The notes under the pieces were generated by a model. The model searched no databases, was not told the origin of the DNA, and saw only the letters and a list, made by a program, of their open reading frames with translations. Shown here one piece after another: positions 1 to 11,220 of a stretch of DNA of 64,000 bases (position 1 is the first letter of the stretch; each line of letters starts with the position of its first letter). Origin of the DNA: Dictyostelium discoideum (lineage: Eukaryota); the NCBI GenBank assembly GCA_000004695.1, contig CM000154.2, positions 4,832,001-4,896,000 on the forward strand, written 5' to 3'. The translations under genes and the position numbers were made by a program.

Positions 1-721
1 TTATAATTTTAACATAAATTTCAGTTGCTAATTAATTTACATGATTTGAATATATTGACAATCGTTATCTATATGTTTTTCGATATCTTCCCTTTTAATT
101 TTCATTTGACAACCTTTTAACAATCAATTTCATATTTTGGGCATTCAGTAAGATGATTTTTTACTTGATTCTTTGTGATAGATTTCATACAAAATGAACA
201 TACTTTCAATTTATAACCATTGATATTCATGTTCTTGTAATGATTTTAATCTAACAATTTTATCACACCCTTTATATGAACATGGCACAAGTTTAAATTT
301 ACAATTTTGTATATGACTATCTAATAGATCTACAGTTTTAATATCTTTACAGCCATTAATTTGATCTTATACTAATTTTTTTTTTAGATTTTCATCAAAA
401 ACAATTTCCACTTAAAGTTGTGTAAGTGTAAGAATAAATACAAAAACATTCTTCTTTACTAAAAAACTGTTCAATTACTAAACATCTTGATAAATCATTG
501 ATTAAATTTACTTTAATTCTACAAATCATACATTCTTTTTTATTTTTTAATGATGTTTCCCAACATCCTTGACATGCGAAATGGCCAGATTTACATTGAT
601 AAATTGATTTCTTGTAAATAAATTCACAACAAATTGGACATGAATATTTATTATTATTTTGTAATGATTCTTGATTTAATAAAAAATCATTGATTGTAAA
701 TTTGATATCAATTATTGACAT
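1..721 (-). pseudogene. TRAF-like RING + TRAF-type zinc-finger gene, 5' part only (MATH/C-terminus would lie beyond position 1); reading frame broken at least twice
   Basis: ORF 395-721 (-) encodes a C3HC4-like RING (CPICC...[11 protein letters not shown]...CMICR). Downstream on the same strand I translated three TRAF-type zinc-finger units: [43 protein letters not shown], then KVCSFCMKSITKNQVKNHLTECPKYEIDC, then KGCQMKIKREDIEKHIDNDCQYIQI. They are in three different frames with no room for introns between them, which implies +1 and -1 single-nucleotide shifts. The RING-to-finger-1 junction could be a 76-nt GTATTT..AG intron. Confidence 0.45.
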
Positions 722-818
722 ACTCAGAGAGAATATATATATTTTTTTTAAAAAAAAATAGGAATTAAAATAAAATAAATAAATAAGAAATGATTTAATG
801 AATTGGTGAGCACATATA

Positions 819-885
<67 letters not shown>

Positions 886-1191
886 TATGTAAGTAAATTT
901 GAATTTTTGAAAAAATAAAACTGTTATTATAATAAATTAAATTCTATAAATAAAATTTTTGGTTATATAATAATATTTTGGCACACTTGAAAAAAAAAAA
1001 AAAAAAAAAAAAAAAGACTTAAAAAAATAAGAAAAAAAATTGTAATATGGTGACTCAATCAAAAAACACACAAATAATTTTCAAAATTGGCTTAAAAAAA
1101 TAAGAAAAAAATTAAAAAATATTTGAAAATGAAGTAACTACCATTTTCACAATGACAAATTACAAAAAAAAAAAAAAAAAATATTTAAATC

Positions 1192-1223
<32 letters not shown>

Positions 1224-1258
1224 CATTCACAATATAACAATAATAATAATTATTTAAA

Positions 1259-1448
1259 ATGGGTAATTTATTATCTCATACTTATGGAGTCCCTTCAATA
1301 ATTTCAATAATAATTATAGTATCCTCATCAATTTTTTTAATAATTTTAAAAAAAGATAAACAAAAATATATAAATAATCAAATTAATAATCAAATTAATA
1401 ATCAAATTGTTCCTGAAATATCCAATAATAATAGTTATAATAATAGTG

Positions 1449-1543
<95 letters not shown>

Positions 1544-3306
1544 GATGATTCATCTGTTAATCTTGGCAATAATTTAAAAACTACAGATTATGATATTGTA
1601 ATTGATTTACAAAGTGTTGATACATTTGTAATTAAAGATGCTTGTTGGACAGTATATGTCAATAAAGATTTACTTAAAAATGTTAAAGAAGATTCACCAA
1701 ATCCACTAGACTGTCTTTTAGAAGGTTCAAATAAATTTAGAACTGCAACCATTATTGGTTATTTTAAAAGAGGTAAATATTAAATCAATCAATCAATCAA
1801 TTAATCAATCAATCTACATATTTATTAACATTTGTATATTAATTTTCATAATTTTTTTTAATAGGCAAAACCTTTACAGCAAATTTAATAAATAATATTA
1901 ATTTACCATCTGGTAGTAAAACTAAAACAAAAGGTTTATCAATTTATATTTCTCATACAAATGATACTTTATTTATTGATACTCAAGGTAGTAATACTCC
2001 TCTACCATTTTTTGTAGATGAAAATGAAAATGAAGAACTTAAAAAAGCTTATAATATCAATCAAGCTGATGGAAGTATTAAATTGAATAATCTTCATCTT
2101 GCACGTAAGAAAGCAACTGAATCATTCATTCAAGAGACTGCTATTAGTTTATCAAATGTTGTAATTTTCGTTGTTAATGAAATGACATGGCACGATCAAC
2201 AAAATATAATGGCCATTCAAAAGAAGATTAAAACTCAAAATCCAATTGAAAAACAAAAAATCAGAGAACTCTATGTGTTTCATAATTATATGAATATTTC
2301 AAATATGGTTGATCTAATGGCAATGATTAAAACCTATGTAACAACTCCATTCAAAGGTTATTTTCATACTGAATTCAGCCTTCATTCTGATAATGAATAT
2401 ATAATTTATTATACAGATGCCGAGAATTTTACAACTCATTTCTTTTTATGTAATCATGGTAGTGAGTTTGGCAAAAAGTGGAATGAATTAGTGGGTAAAT
2501 TTGTCAAGACTAAAATTAAAAATGTTACAAATCAAAACTATGCATTTGATACAATACTATTAGAAACTTTAAAAGAGAAAATGAAAACCAATATTAAAAA
2601 TCCAACAGATTTAAAAATTGTACCATATTATAATTCTCAAACTCAAGTTGTGGAAATTGAAAATAAATCATCGAGTACAAGATCAAACACATTTGTATAT
2701 AAGAGACAGACTGGTATACCATTAAAGGATCAAAAAACATTGGAAGATTTAGAAGAAATGTTCAATCAAGTTAAAGCACATACTATTGATATTAACCAAG
2801 TTCCAATGTATTCGATTGTACCTGCTATTAAAAATAATGAATATGAGCAATGGAAATATGCATTAAATAACAAGGATATCATTTTCATTGATAATCTATT
2901 GATTGTAACTGGAAGTTTCAATCCAACCTATGACAGTCTTGAATGTGAGAATCGTACATTAATATTCACATTTGATTTACCAGATATTCCAGAATCTCAT
3001 TTCTCTCATTCAATCTACTATGATCCAAGTGACAAAGTTAGATACTTAAAAGTCTCGGGTAATAGAAAATTAAGTTATAGAGCATTAACTGGTACACGTG
3101 GTGGTGAGAGTACAATTAATGAATATCCATCAGCTGGTGTTAAAATTGGTAATAGTTTAAATCTTAGAAAAGATGGAGAATTTGATCTGAGAATTCCAAT
3201 TGAAGCAAATTATAGTAAAAATTATTCAAATCATTTTGAAAATGGTGTTTTAACATTAACATTTAAAGAAGAAATTGAAGGTCTTCCAGATGAAAGTTGC
3301 AAATAA
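1259..3306 (+). CDS. Membrane-anchored GBP/atlastin-like GTPase with C-terminal Hsp20/alpha-crystallin domain; exons 1259-1772 and 1865-3306 (about 651 aa)
   Basis: ORFs 1259-1783 and 2083-3306 are in compatible phase across a 92-nt intron (AG|GTAAAT...TTTAATAG|GC). The splice reconstitutes a P-loop, GYFKRG|KT. Motifs TKGLSIY and LFIDTQG (G3 DxxG) follow, arranged as in GBP/atlastin-type G domains. The C-terminus (FTFDLPDI...ENGVLTLTF) has the Hsp20 beta-sandwich signature. The N-terminus has a hydrophobic anchor (IISIIIIVSSSIFLIIL) and a 30-residue poly-Asn tract encoded by (AAT)n. The ORF-track start at 2083 is TTG, so it is an internal fragment. Confidence 0.7.
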
Positions 3307-3829
3307 AAAAAATATTAAAAAAATAAAAAATAATAAATAAATAATAATCTAAAAAAATAAATCAAAAAAATTAATTTTTTATTACTTTAAGATTATCAAT
3401 CAAAACCCTAAAGTGTTTTGTTTTGTTTTTTTTTTTAATTTTTTTTTTTTATTTTTATTTTTATTTTTTATCTTTTCCCCCCTCGATTTAGGATATTTTT
3501 TTATTTTTATTTTAATTTTTATTTTATTTTTTTTTTATTTTTTATTTTTTTCGTGTGTTTGTGCGCTTATGTGGTTTTATTAAAAAAAAAAAAAAAATTT
3601 CAATTTTTTTGAATTTTTAAGATAAACAAAAATAAAATAACCAATATAAACCATTAATTAAAAAAAAAAAAAGAAGAAAGAAAAGAAAAGGAATAGGGAT
3701 ATTAATAATAAAAACACATAATATAATAAACAATACATAACATATACATATATACACCTCATCCCATATACATATATACATATATACCTACATACACACA
3801 CACACAATAAAATAAATATAAATTAAAGA

Positions 3830-4413
3830 ATGGACTCAATTAAAAGTTTATTAGGAGATAAAGAACCAGAGAAAGAACCATCAATGTGGGATGATTTAAA
3901 TAATCAATGTTCATTAACATTTACACAACGTGTTATTGGTTTTGCAGTATGTGCTGCATTAGGTTTATTATTTGCATTCTTATCATTAATGTTTTTTATA
4001 TCACCAACAACATTTGCACTTTTATTTACATTAGGTGATATATTAATGGTTATGGCGTATGTGTATTTCAAATATTATTATAATTATTATAATTATAATC
4101 ATAAAACACAAACACTAATAATAATAATAATTTTACTTTATTTTATTTTATTTTATTTTTCAGTACTGGTTTTATAGTTGGACCAATTAAACAAATTAAA
4201 AATATGGCAGAACCACATAGAATTATTTGTGCAATCGTATTTGTAGCATCAATGATTCTTACTTTAGTTGCAGTTTTCTTAGATTGGGGTATCATTCTCG
4301 TCATTTTCTTCATTTTATTCCAAGTTGCTTCATTATTATATTACACTTTTTCATATATCCCATATGGTAGACAATGTTTAAGAGGAATGTGTTCTTCTGT
4401 TGTCTCTGTGTAA
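3830..4413 (+). CDS. sft2: Vesicle transport protein SFT2 (Got1/SFT2 family); exons 3830-4056 and 4164-4413
   Basis: Donor GC|GTATGT at 4057 and acceptor TTTTCAG|T at 4163 join ORFs 3830-4177 and 4204-4413 in phase (gc+t gives Ala). The product has the SFT2 four-TM layout and the conserved ...STGFIVGPIKQIKNM... and ...YTFSYIPYGRQ motifs. Confidence 0.85.
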
Positions 4414-4533
4414 AAAAAAAAAAAACAACAACAACAACCAACAATAAAAAAAAAAAAAAGAAATAAATCGACAAAAAATTAATATATTATTATTATTATT
4501 TATAAATAAAATAAAATAAAATAAAATAAATAT

Positions 4534-5652
4534 TTATTTGTTTTCTTTTTCTTTTTCTTTTTCAGCTTCTTTTTCTTTTTCAGCTTCTTCTTTTTCAATT
4601 TGTGATTTTACTTCTTGTAATTTTTTATCAATTGATTCAATTTCTAAATCTAATAAATGTTTTGTATTTTCTAAATCTTCATTTGTAGTTGACTCATTTT
4701 CAAAATATTTTTTATATTCATCTTGTTCTAATTTTTTCATTTTCTTTGAATATTCTTCACCAGAAAGTATGTAAGAGAATTCATCAGCATTTAATAATTC
4801 ACCAGATTTTTCAAAAAAGAATAATGAACCATTCTCTAATAGAATATAAGGTGATCCGTTTTCAGAGAATTTCGATGACTGAATATCTGAAATTGGGATT
4901 TTTAAAACTTGCATCCCTGGATTAATATGACATAATTTTATAAATTTCGAATTTGGTTCTCTATAAATTCTAATACCAAAAACACTTATCATCTTTTGAC
5001 CAATTAATTGGAATGATAATGCCCAAAATGAAAATACTGATAAAAATAAAACAGTTTTCATCTTTTTTGTATTTAAAAAAATTAAAAATTAGAAAATAAA
5101 TAAAAATATATATAATTATGTATATATATATATATGCACACATACATCTAAATGATTAATATAAGCAATGATTGGTGAGGAAATACCAAGTAATGATTGA
5201 GCAGTTAAAAATAATTTACCAGCATTAAATAGATTTTCTTTATTTGATTGGTAAATTAAGTAATCTGGATTTTGATCTTCAATAGTTTCATTAGTTTTAT
5301 ATTTTTCTAAATCTAAACCAAATGGTTTCTTTTTTTTTGGTTTTTCATTTTCAAATGGGTCTGTATAAATTTCTTCTTTTTCTTCTTTTTCTACTTTTTC
5401 TAATTTTTCTACTTTTTTTTCAACATCAATATCTTTTTTATTATTATTATTATTATCATTTAATATTGTTGAAAATGATCTAAAAAAAGTTTTATTAAAA
5501 TCTTTAATTTCTTTAAATGATGATAATGATGATGATTGATTCTTTAAAATTGATTTATTTGTATTTAAAAATAATCTTTGATTACTTCTATTACAATTTA
5601 CAATTGATTTAATTAATGTTGAATTTAAATTTAATTTATTAAATTTATTCAT
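4534..5652 (-). CDS. Hypothetical protein with presequence-like N-terminus and one TM segment; proposed exons 5652-5149 and 5061-4534
   Basis: ORFs 5116-5652 and 4534-5061 lie on the same strand only 55 bp apart, too short for a Dictyostelium promoter. An in-frame GAT|GTATGT donor at 5149/5148 and an AAAAAAG|ATG acceptor at 5062 would splice out 87 nt and join them in phase 0. The N-terminus is basic and hydroxylated, like a mitochondrial presequence. MKTVLFLSVFSFWALSFQ would then be an internal TM rather than a signal peptide. The C-terminus is K/E-rich and coiled-coil-like. The alternative is two separate genes. Confidence 0.5.
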
Positions 5653-6043
5653 TTTTTTTTTTACAGTTTACAATGAAAATAAAAAAAAAAAAAATTGATT
5701 GTGGTTTATGAAAAAAAAAAAATAAAAAAAAATTAATGAAAGTGTGGAAAAAAAAAAAAAAAAACGAAAAAAATGACACACAATAATCGTGAAACTTTTT
5801 TTTTTTAATACAATCAATTAATTTTAAATATCAATTGAGTTTTGCTTTTTTTATTTTATTTTATTTCTTTTTTTTAAATTTCTTTTCTTTATTATTTCAA
5901 ATGGGTTGAAATTCGCTTTTTTTTTTTTTTTTTTTTTTTGATTTGGTTTAATTATAATGCATAAATATGTAATATTAATTTGAGATTTTTTTTTTTTTTT
6001 GTTGGTTTTTGTAGTTTTTTAAGTGTGTATTTATATATTTAAT

Positions 6044-6564
6044 TTAAATTGAAAGTTCATCTACACTCCAATCTTCGTACATTCCATTTGGAAGGAATCT
6101 AAATAATGTTGAAAAAAAAAATAAAAAAAAAATAAAAAAAAAAATAAAAAAATAATAATAATAATAGATTAGAATATGTGTGATTTATATTATATATATA
6201 TATATTTTATATATTACCTTCTAATAATTAATGGAATTTTCTTTGCTCTTAATTCTTTCCAAGCAATTTGTAATGGATCAGTTTCACCTTCTAATTCTAC
6301 CATGATTGGTGCATTCATACTAATTTGTAATGCTCTTGAACCAAGTAATCTAGCTCTTTCGTATTTTGTCATGTATCTTGTTGTTTTTCTAAGGTGATTT
6401 GGAATTCTACCTGCTTCTGCTGTATTTGCATCTGCTGAAGGATCAATAATATCTGTATATGCCTCTGTTGTTTCTGTTTCTTCAACATATTCCTCTTCAA
6501 AACCACCTCCCTCATCAAACTCTTCATAACCACCATCATCACCACCACCTTCAAAATCTGCCAT
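6044..6564 (-). CDS. rpb6: DNA-directed RNA polymerases I/II/III subunit RPABC2 (Rpb6); exons 6564-6228 and 6098-6044
   Basis: Acidic N-terminus, then [61 protein letters not shown], which is near-identical to the Rpb6 core. Donor AG|GTAATA at 6227 and acceptor TTATTTAG|A at 6099 add a 55-nt terminal exon encoding (R)[17 protein letters not shown]. That matches the conserved Rpb6 C-terminus (RRYLPDGSYEDW...). Confidence 0.85.
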
Positions 6565-7560
6565 TTTTTATTTAATTTATTATATATTTATACAAAAAAA
6601 AAAAAAAATAAAAATAAAAATAAAAATAAAAAATAATAAATGAAAATAAAAAAATTAAAAAAAAAAAAAAAAAAAAAATAAAATAAATGCTCAAAAAAAA
6701 AAAAATGAGAAAAGAAAAACAACGAAAAAAAAAAAAAAAAAAAATTTGAAAAAAATAAAAAAAATAAAAAAAAAAAAAAAAATTTAAAAAATTTAAAAAA
6801 AAAAAAAAAAAAAAACTAAAACAGAATATTTGTTATATATATAATAATAAAAAAAAAAAACCAGGGGAAAATATCCAACTTAAATTTTTTTTAATGGGTT
6901 TTTATTATAATAATAATAATAATAATTTTTTTTTTAATTTTTTTTAAATCCCTTTTTCCAATTTTAAATTTTAAAAAACCCCGGGGGGGTGTGGAAAAAA
7001 AAAAAAACCCATGGTTTTTTTTTTTTTTTTTTTTTAAAATTTTTTTAAAATTTGAAGCCATGAATTTTTTTTTTAAAAAATTGATGAATCGCATTTTTTT
7101 GTTTTGGTTTTAAAAAAAAATTTTTTTTTTTTTTTTTTTTTTTTTAACCAAACACTCTTTGTACTTTACATAAACCCCCACTCACTCACACTATTCAGTT
7201 TTTTTTTTTTTCTTTTTTTGGAACACAATTTAAATTTTTTTAGATAAATTGGTTTTTTTTTTTTTTTTTAATATATTAATATAATCACACACCCACATAT
7301 ATATATATAACATATTTATTTTTTTTTATTATTAATTTTTTTATTTAAATTTTCTCATCATTCACATTAAATTTAAATAAATAAAAAAAAAAAAAAAAAA
7401 TTTATATAATAAAAAAAAAAAAAAAAAAATATTAACATACATTTTTTTTTTTATTTAAACGCCTCATTTTGATAATAATAAAACTCTTTACTCTTTGTAT
7501 TATTTTTCAAAAATATTAATTTAAATAGTTTTCTATAAAAAAAAAAAATAAAAAAATAAA
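6565..7560. promoter_or_regulatory. About 1 kb divergent intergenic/promoter region between rpb6 (-) and the ankyrin-KH gene (+), made almost entirely of A and T homopolymer runs
   Basis: The two start codons face away from each other at 6564 and 7561. The sequence is A(n)/T(n) blocks with a few isolated G/C islands (ccaggggaaaat at 6851-6862, ccccgggggggtgtgg at 6971-6986, aaacccatgg at 7007-7016). Confidence 0.4.
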
Positions 7561-8749
7561 ATGGATACTACTGAACAAATTACCTCTACCACTGTTACTT
7601 CCTCCATTCCAGAAGAAAATAATACTACTACTACTACCACTACTACTACCACTACAACTACAAATACCAACAGTAATAATAATATTGATGAAGCATCAAA
7701 TATGAATAAAGAAAAAGCAATTGAAAATGGTGGATTATTAAAAGCATATGCTGAACAAGGTAATTTAGAAAAAGTAAAACATTTAATTGAAGTTGAAAAA
7801 GTTTCACCAAATCAACCAGATTTATTTGGTGATTCAGCTCTTCATGGTGCTTCTGCAAATGGTAGAATTTGTAAGTTTATTATTATTATTATTTAATTTT
7901 ATAATAAATAATAAAGAAAATAAATACTAAATAATAAATAATAATATTAATAATTTTTTTTATTTTTTTATTTTATTTTATTTATTTATTTTAAAAAATA
8001 AAACAGCTGTTATTGAATATTTACTTGGAAAGAAATCAAATCCAAATATTAAGAATAAAGTTGGATCAACACCATTACATAAAGCAGTTACAATTGATCA
8101 TAGTTCAATTGGATTGGGAGTTCAAATGAATTTGATAAGATTATTATTAAAGTTTGGAGCTGATCCAACCATTGTTAATATGGCAGGATTGATACCAGAG
8201 CAATTGGCAACTAGTATTCGTGTGAAGGAGATGCTACAAGGTGACCAGGCCGTGACTATCCTCTTGCCAATTCCAAAGGTTCATCATGGCAAAATCATTG
8301 GTCGTGGTGGCAAGAACTTAAAAGAGTTGAGAGAGCTCACCAATACTCAAATCCAATTGCCAGAATCCAACGTTACCGATAACAAAATCACAATTAAAGG
8401 TAGAAAAGATGATGTAGAGAAAGCTCGTCAAATGATATTGGATATCGTTAATCCACCAAAAACTCCAGAAGAGATTGAAGCTGAAGAAAAGAAAAGAAAG
8501 GAAGAAGAGGAAGCCGATATTGAAATACTTAATCTCACCTCGATCGCCAAAGAAAAGCATAGTTTAATCATTGGTTCTCAAGGTAAAAATATCAAATACT
8601 TGCGTTCTCATTTCAATGTTAAAATTACAATTCCACCAACAAATTCATCTGAAAATAATATCTCAATTCAAGGTAAATCTGAAGATATTGATAATGCAAT
8701 GAAATATATTAATGAAATTTTAAAAAAAAATAATGAAATTAAAAATAGA

Positions 8750-8782
<33 letters not shown>

Positions 8783-8851
8783 ACTAATAATAGTAATAAT
8801 AATAGCGGTAATAATAATTTTTCAAGACCAAAACCAAAAATTGTTAAATAA
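7561..8851 (+). CDS. Ankyrin-repeat plus two KH-domain protein (small ANKHD1/MASK-like); exons 7561-7870 and 7998-8851
   Basis: Donor T|GTAAGT at 7871 and acceptor AAAACAG|CT at 7997 join ORFs 7561-7896 and 8114-8851 in phase. Ankyrin repeats (GDSALHGASANGRI/SVIEYLLGKKSNPNIKNKVGSTPLHKAV...LIRLLLKFGADPTIVN) are followed by two type-I KH units (IIGRGGKNLKELRELTNTQIQLP and IIGSQGKNIKYLRSHFNVKITIP). Confidence 0.75.
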
Positions 8852-9152
8852 TAATATAATTTTTTTTTTTTTTTATTAGATTAATAAATTTTTTTTAAAA
8901 AAAATATATTTCTTTTCTTTTTTAAATAAGATAAATATAAAATTTTTATTTTTATTTTATTTTTTTATTTTTTTTTTTTGTTTTTTTTCATTTTTTATTT
9001 TTTTTTCTTAAAAAATAAAAAAAAAAATAAAAAAAAAAAATCCCAATAATTTAAAATTTTAATTCTAATTTAGTGTGTTTATTTTATTTGTATTTGAATA
9101 AATGTGTTATAATTAAGTGTACTATAGAAAAATAAAAAAAAAAAAAATAATA

Positions 9153-10751
9153 ATGGATAAAGAAAGAGGAGGAGGGGAATTAAATAAAAGCCCAGATAAA
9201 AAAGATAATGATATTCAAAATATAGTTATTATTAATGATCATTCCGATATTAATGACCATCAAAATAACAATGATAAAGAACCACTCTTAAAAAAACAAC
9301 AAAATTTAAAAAAACAAATAGATGAAAATAATTATATAAATGGATATAATATAAATAGTAAACGATTAACTACAACAACTACAACAACGACCCAAAGTAA
9401 TAAAGATACAATGATTAATATTGAAAATTCACAACAAATTTGTAATAATAGTAATAATAATAATATAGATAATAGCAATAATAATAATAATATTAATAAT
9501 AATAATAATAATAATAATTTAAAAAAGAAAAATGATATGGTTAGATCATATGAAAATAATATAATTTATAAAACAGAAGGACCATTTAATGAAACTATAC
9601 CAATTATGATAAAGGATGATGAAACTGGGCCATTAAATTTACCATTTACATTTTTAAGAGGATTATGGGTGATCATATTGGTAGCTATATTTTTATTATT
9701 GGCAACAAGTTATTTTATAGAATATAGATTTTTAGATTTACACCCAAATAATAATGGAGAAAGAGCAATTCATTACACATTCATTGCTACAAGACCAGTA
9801 GTATTGGTGCCTTTGATTTTCATAATTCCATTATATGGTTTAAACGATAGAAAAACAAGTAAATATAGTTTTTTCATTGGTATCGCCTTGGTATTAAATA
9901 TTATAGGTGATTGTATATATTCAATTCAAATTAATGATCAACTTGAAAATGTTGCAAATAGTAGTGGTGGTGGTGGTACAGATGGAGATACAAATTCTCG
10001 TCAAGAAAATCAAAATTTATTATTAAATGAAATGATGTATTTATTCTCATTAATATTTTATATGTGTTCAAGATTAATGTATACAATTGCATTCTTAATT
10101 GGTATTGGAAAAAATATAAAACCAAGATTATTTCACTCAATACCATTTTATGTTTATTCAGCTACTTTAATTTTATTAATTGTATTTTCAAAATCAATTT
10201 CACCATATATGAGTAGAAATACTTTTCAACCATTACCAGATTTAGAACCAAATAGTAATAATAATAATTATAATTATAATAATAATAATGGTACAGTTAG
10301 TGGTGGTGGTGATTCCGATAGTTCATCAGATTTAACAGATGTTGATCCAGCTCATTTCTCTTTAATTTGTATTTATGGATTTATTGAAGCAACTATGGTT
10401 TGGAGGGCAATTTCATTGACATCATCATTCCCTGGTACATCACCTTCGAAAATGTTACTTTGGTTGGGTGTTTTAGGTGCTACTACATTTGGTATTGTCG
10501 ATACTTTATTAGTTATCAATTCTTATTATCATCCAATCAATGCTATTTTCTATTTATCAACTGGTGGTATTTGGTTAGGAACTTCATTAATAGTTTTTAG
10601 TATTCCTCGAAGACCTGATGTCAAAGATTATATTTTTAAAGTATTTAGATTAAATAAACGTGGTATTAAAATCATTTCAAAATCAAGAGCATTTGAAAAT
10701 ACATTAGTTAAAGAAAATAGTATAAATAGAAAATCGAGTATAAATAATTAA
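9153..10751 (+). CDS. Multi-pass (8 or more TM) membrane protein of unknown family
   Basis: Single ORF. The likely start is ATG GAT AAA at 9153; the track's 9117 start lies in a K-rich leader. Several 20-23-residue hydrophobic segments (VIILVAIFLLLATSYFI, VVLVPLIFIIPLYGL, FFIGIALVLNIIGDCIY, LFSLIFYMCSRLMYTIAFLIG, YVYSATLILLIVFS, LICIYGFIEATMVWRAISL, LLWLGVLGATTFGIV, IWLGTSLIVFSI) are separated by N/S/G-rich loops. No family could be assigned from sequence alone. Confidence 0.6.
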   Translation: MDKERGGGELNKSPDKKDNDIQNIVIINDHSDINDHQNNNDKEPLLKKQQNLKKQIDENNYINGYNINSKRLTTTTTTTTQSNKDTMINIENSQQICNNSNNNNIDNSNNNNNINNNNNNNNLKKKNDMVRSYENNIIYKTEGPFNETIPIMIKDDETGPLNLPFTFLRGLWVIILVAIFLLLATSYFIEYRFLDLHPNNNGERAIHYTFIATRPVVLVPLIFIIPLYGLNDRKTSKYSFFIGIALVLNIIGDCIYSIQINDQLENVANSSGGGGTDGDTNSRQENQNLLLNEMMYLFSLIFYMCSRLMYTIAFLIGIGKNIKPRLFHSIPFYVYSATLILLIVFSKSISPYMSRNTFQPLPDLEPNSNNNNYNYNNNNGTVSGGGDSDSSSDLTDVDPAHFSLICIYGFIEATMVWRAISLTSSFPGTSPSKMLLWLGVLGATTFGIVDTLLVINSYYHPINAIFYLSTGGIWLGTSLIVFSIPRRPDVKDYIFKVFRLNKRGIKIISKSRAFENTLVKENSINRKSSINN

Positions 10752-10778
10752 AAAATTAAAAAATTAAAAATTAATAAA

Positions 10779-10780
<2 letters not shown>

Positions 10781-10860
<80 letters not shown>
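10781..10860. repeat. (AAT)n microsatellite, about 27 units, in the 3' flank of the membrane-protein gene
   Basis: Perfect aataataat... run visible at 10781-10860. Confidence 0.95.
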
Positions 10861-11220
10861 GTAAGATCAGGTTTAAAAAAATCCAATTTCAATAAAATTA
10901 ATTTTTACATAATTCGCTTTAGTTTTTTTTTTTTTATTTTTTTTTCTATTTTTTTTATTTATTTTAATTTTAGTAAATATTAAGTGTACTGAATTATATT
11001 GGTTTTTCGACATATATATATTTATTTTTTTGAATGGAGATGATTTATAATACTTAATGATAATAAAACCACCAATATCTTTTTAAAATAATTATCTTAT
11101 TTTTTTACAAACCCCCAATTTTTAATTTAATTTTATTTATTTATTTAAATTTTTAAATTATTATTTTTTAATTGTTATTTTATATTTATATTTTAAAAAA
11201 TTAATTATTATCTTTTAAAA

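Noticed and set aside
4538-4925. Two plus-strand 78-aa ORFs
   Set aside because: They are antisense to the K/E-rich tail of the 4534-5652 gene. Their products are F/S homopolymer-like.
6176-6554. ORFs 6176-6397 (+) and 6369-6554 (-)
   Set aside because: They overlap the Rpb6 coding exon in other frames or on the other strand.
6891-7094. 67-aa minus-strand ORF
   Set aside because: It lies wholly inside A/T homopolymer promoter DNA and translates to K/F/I runs.
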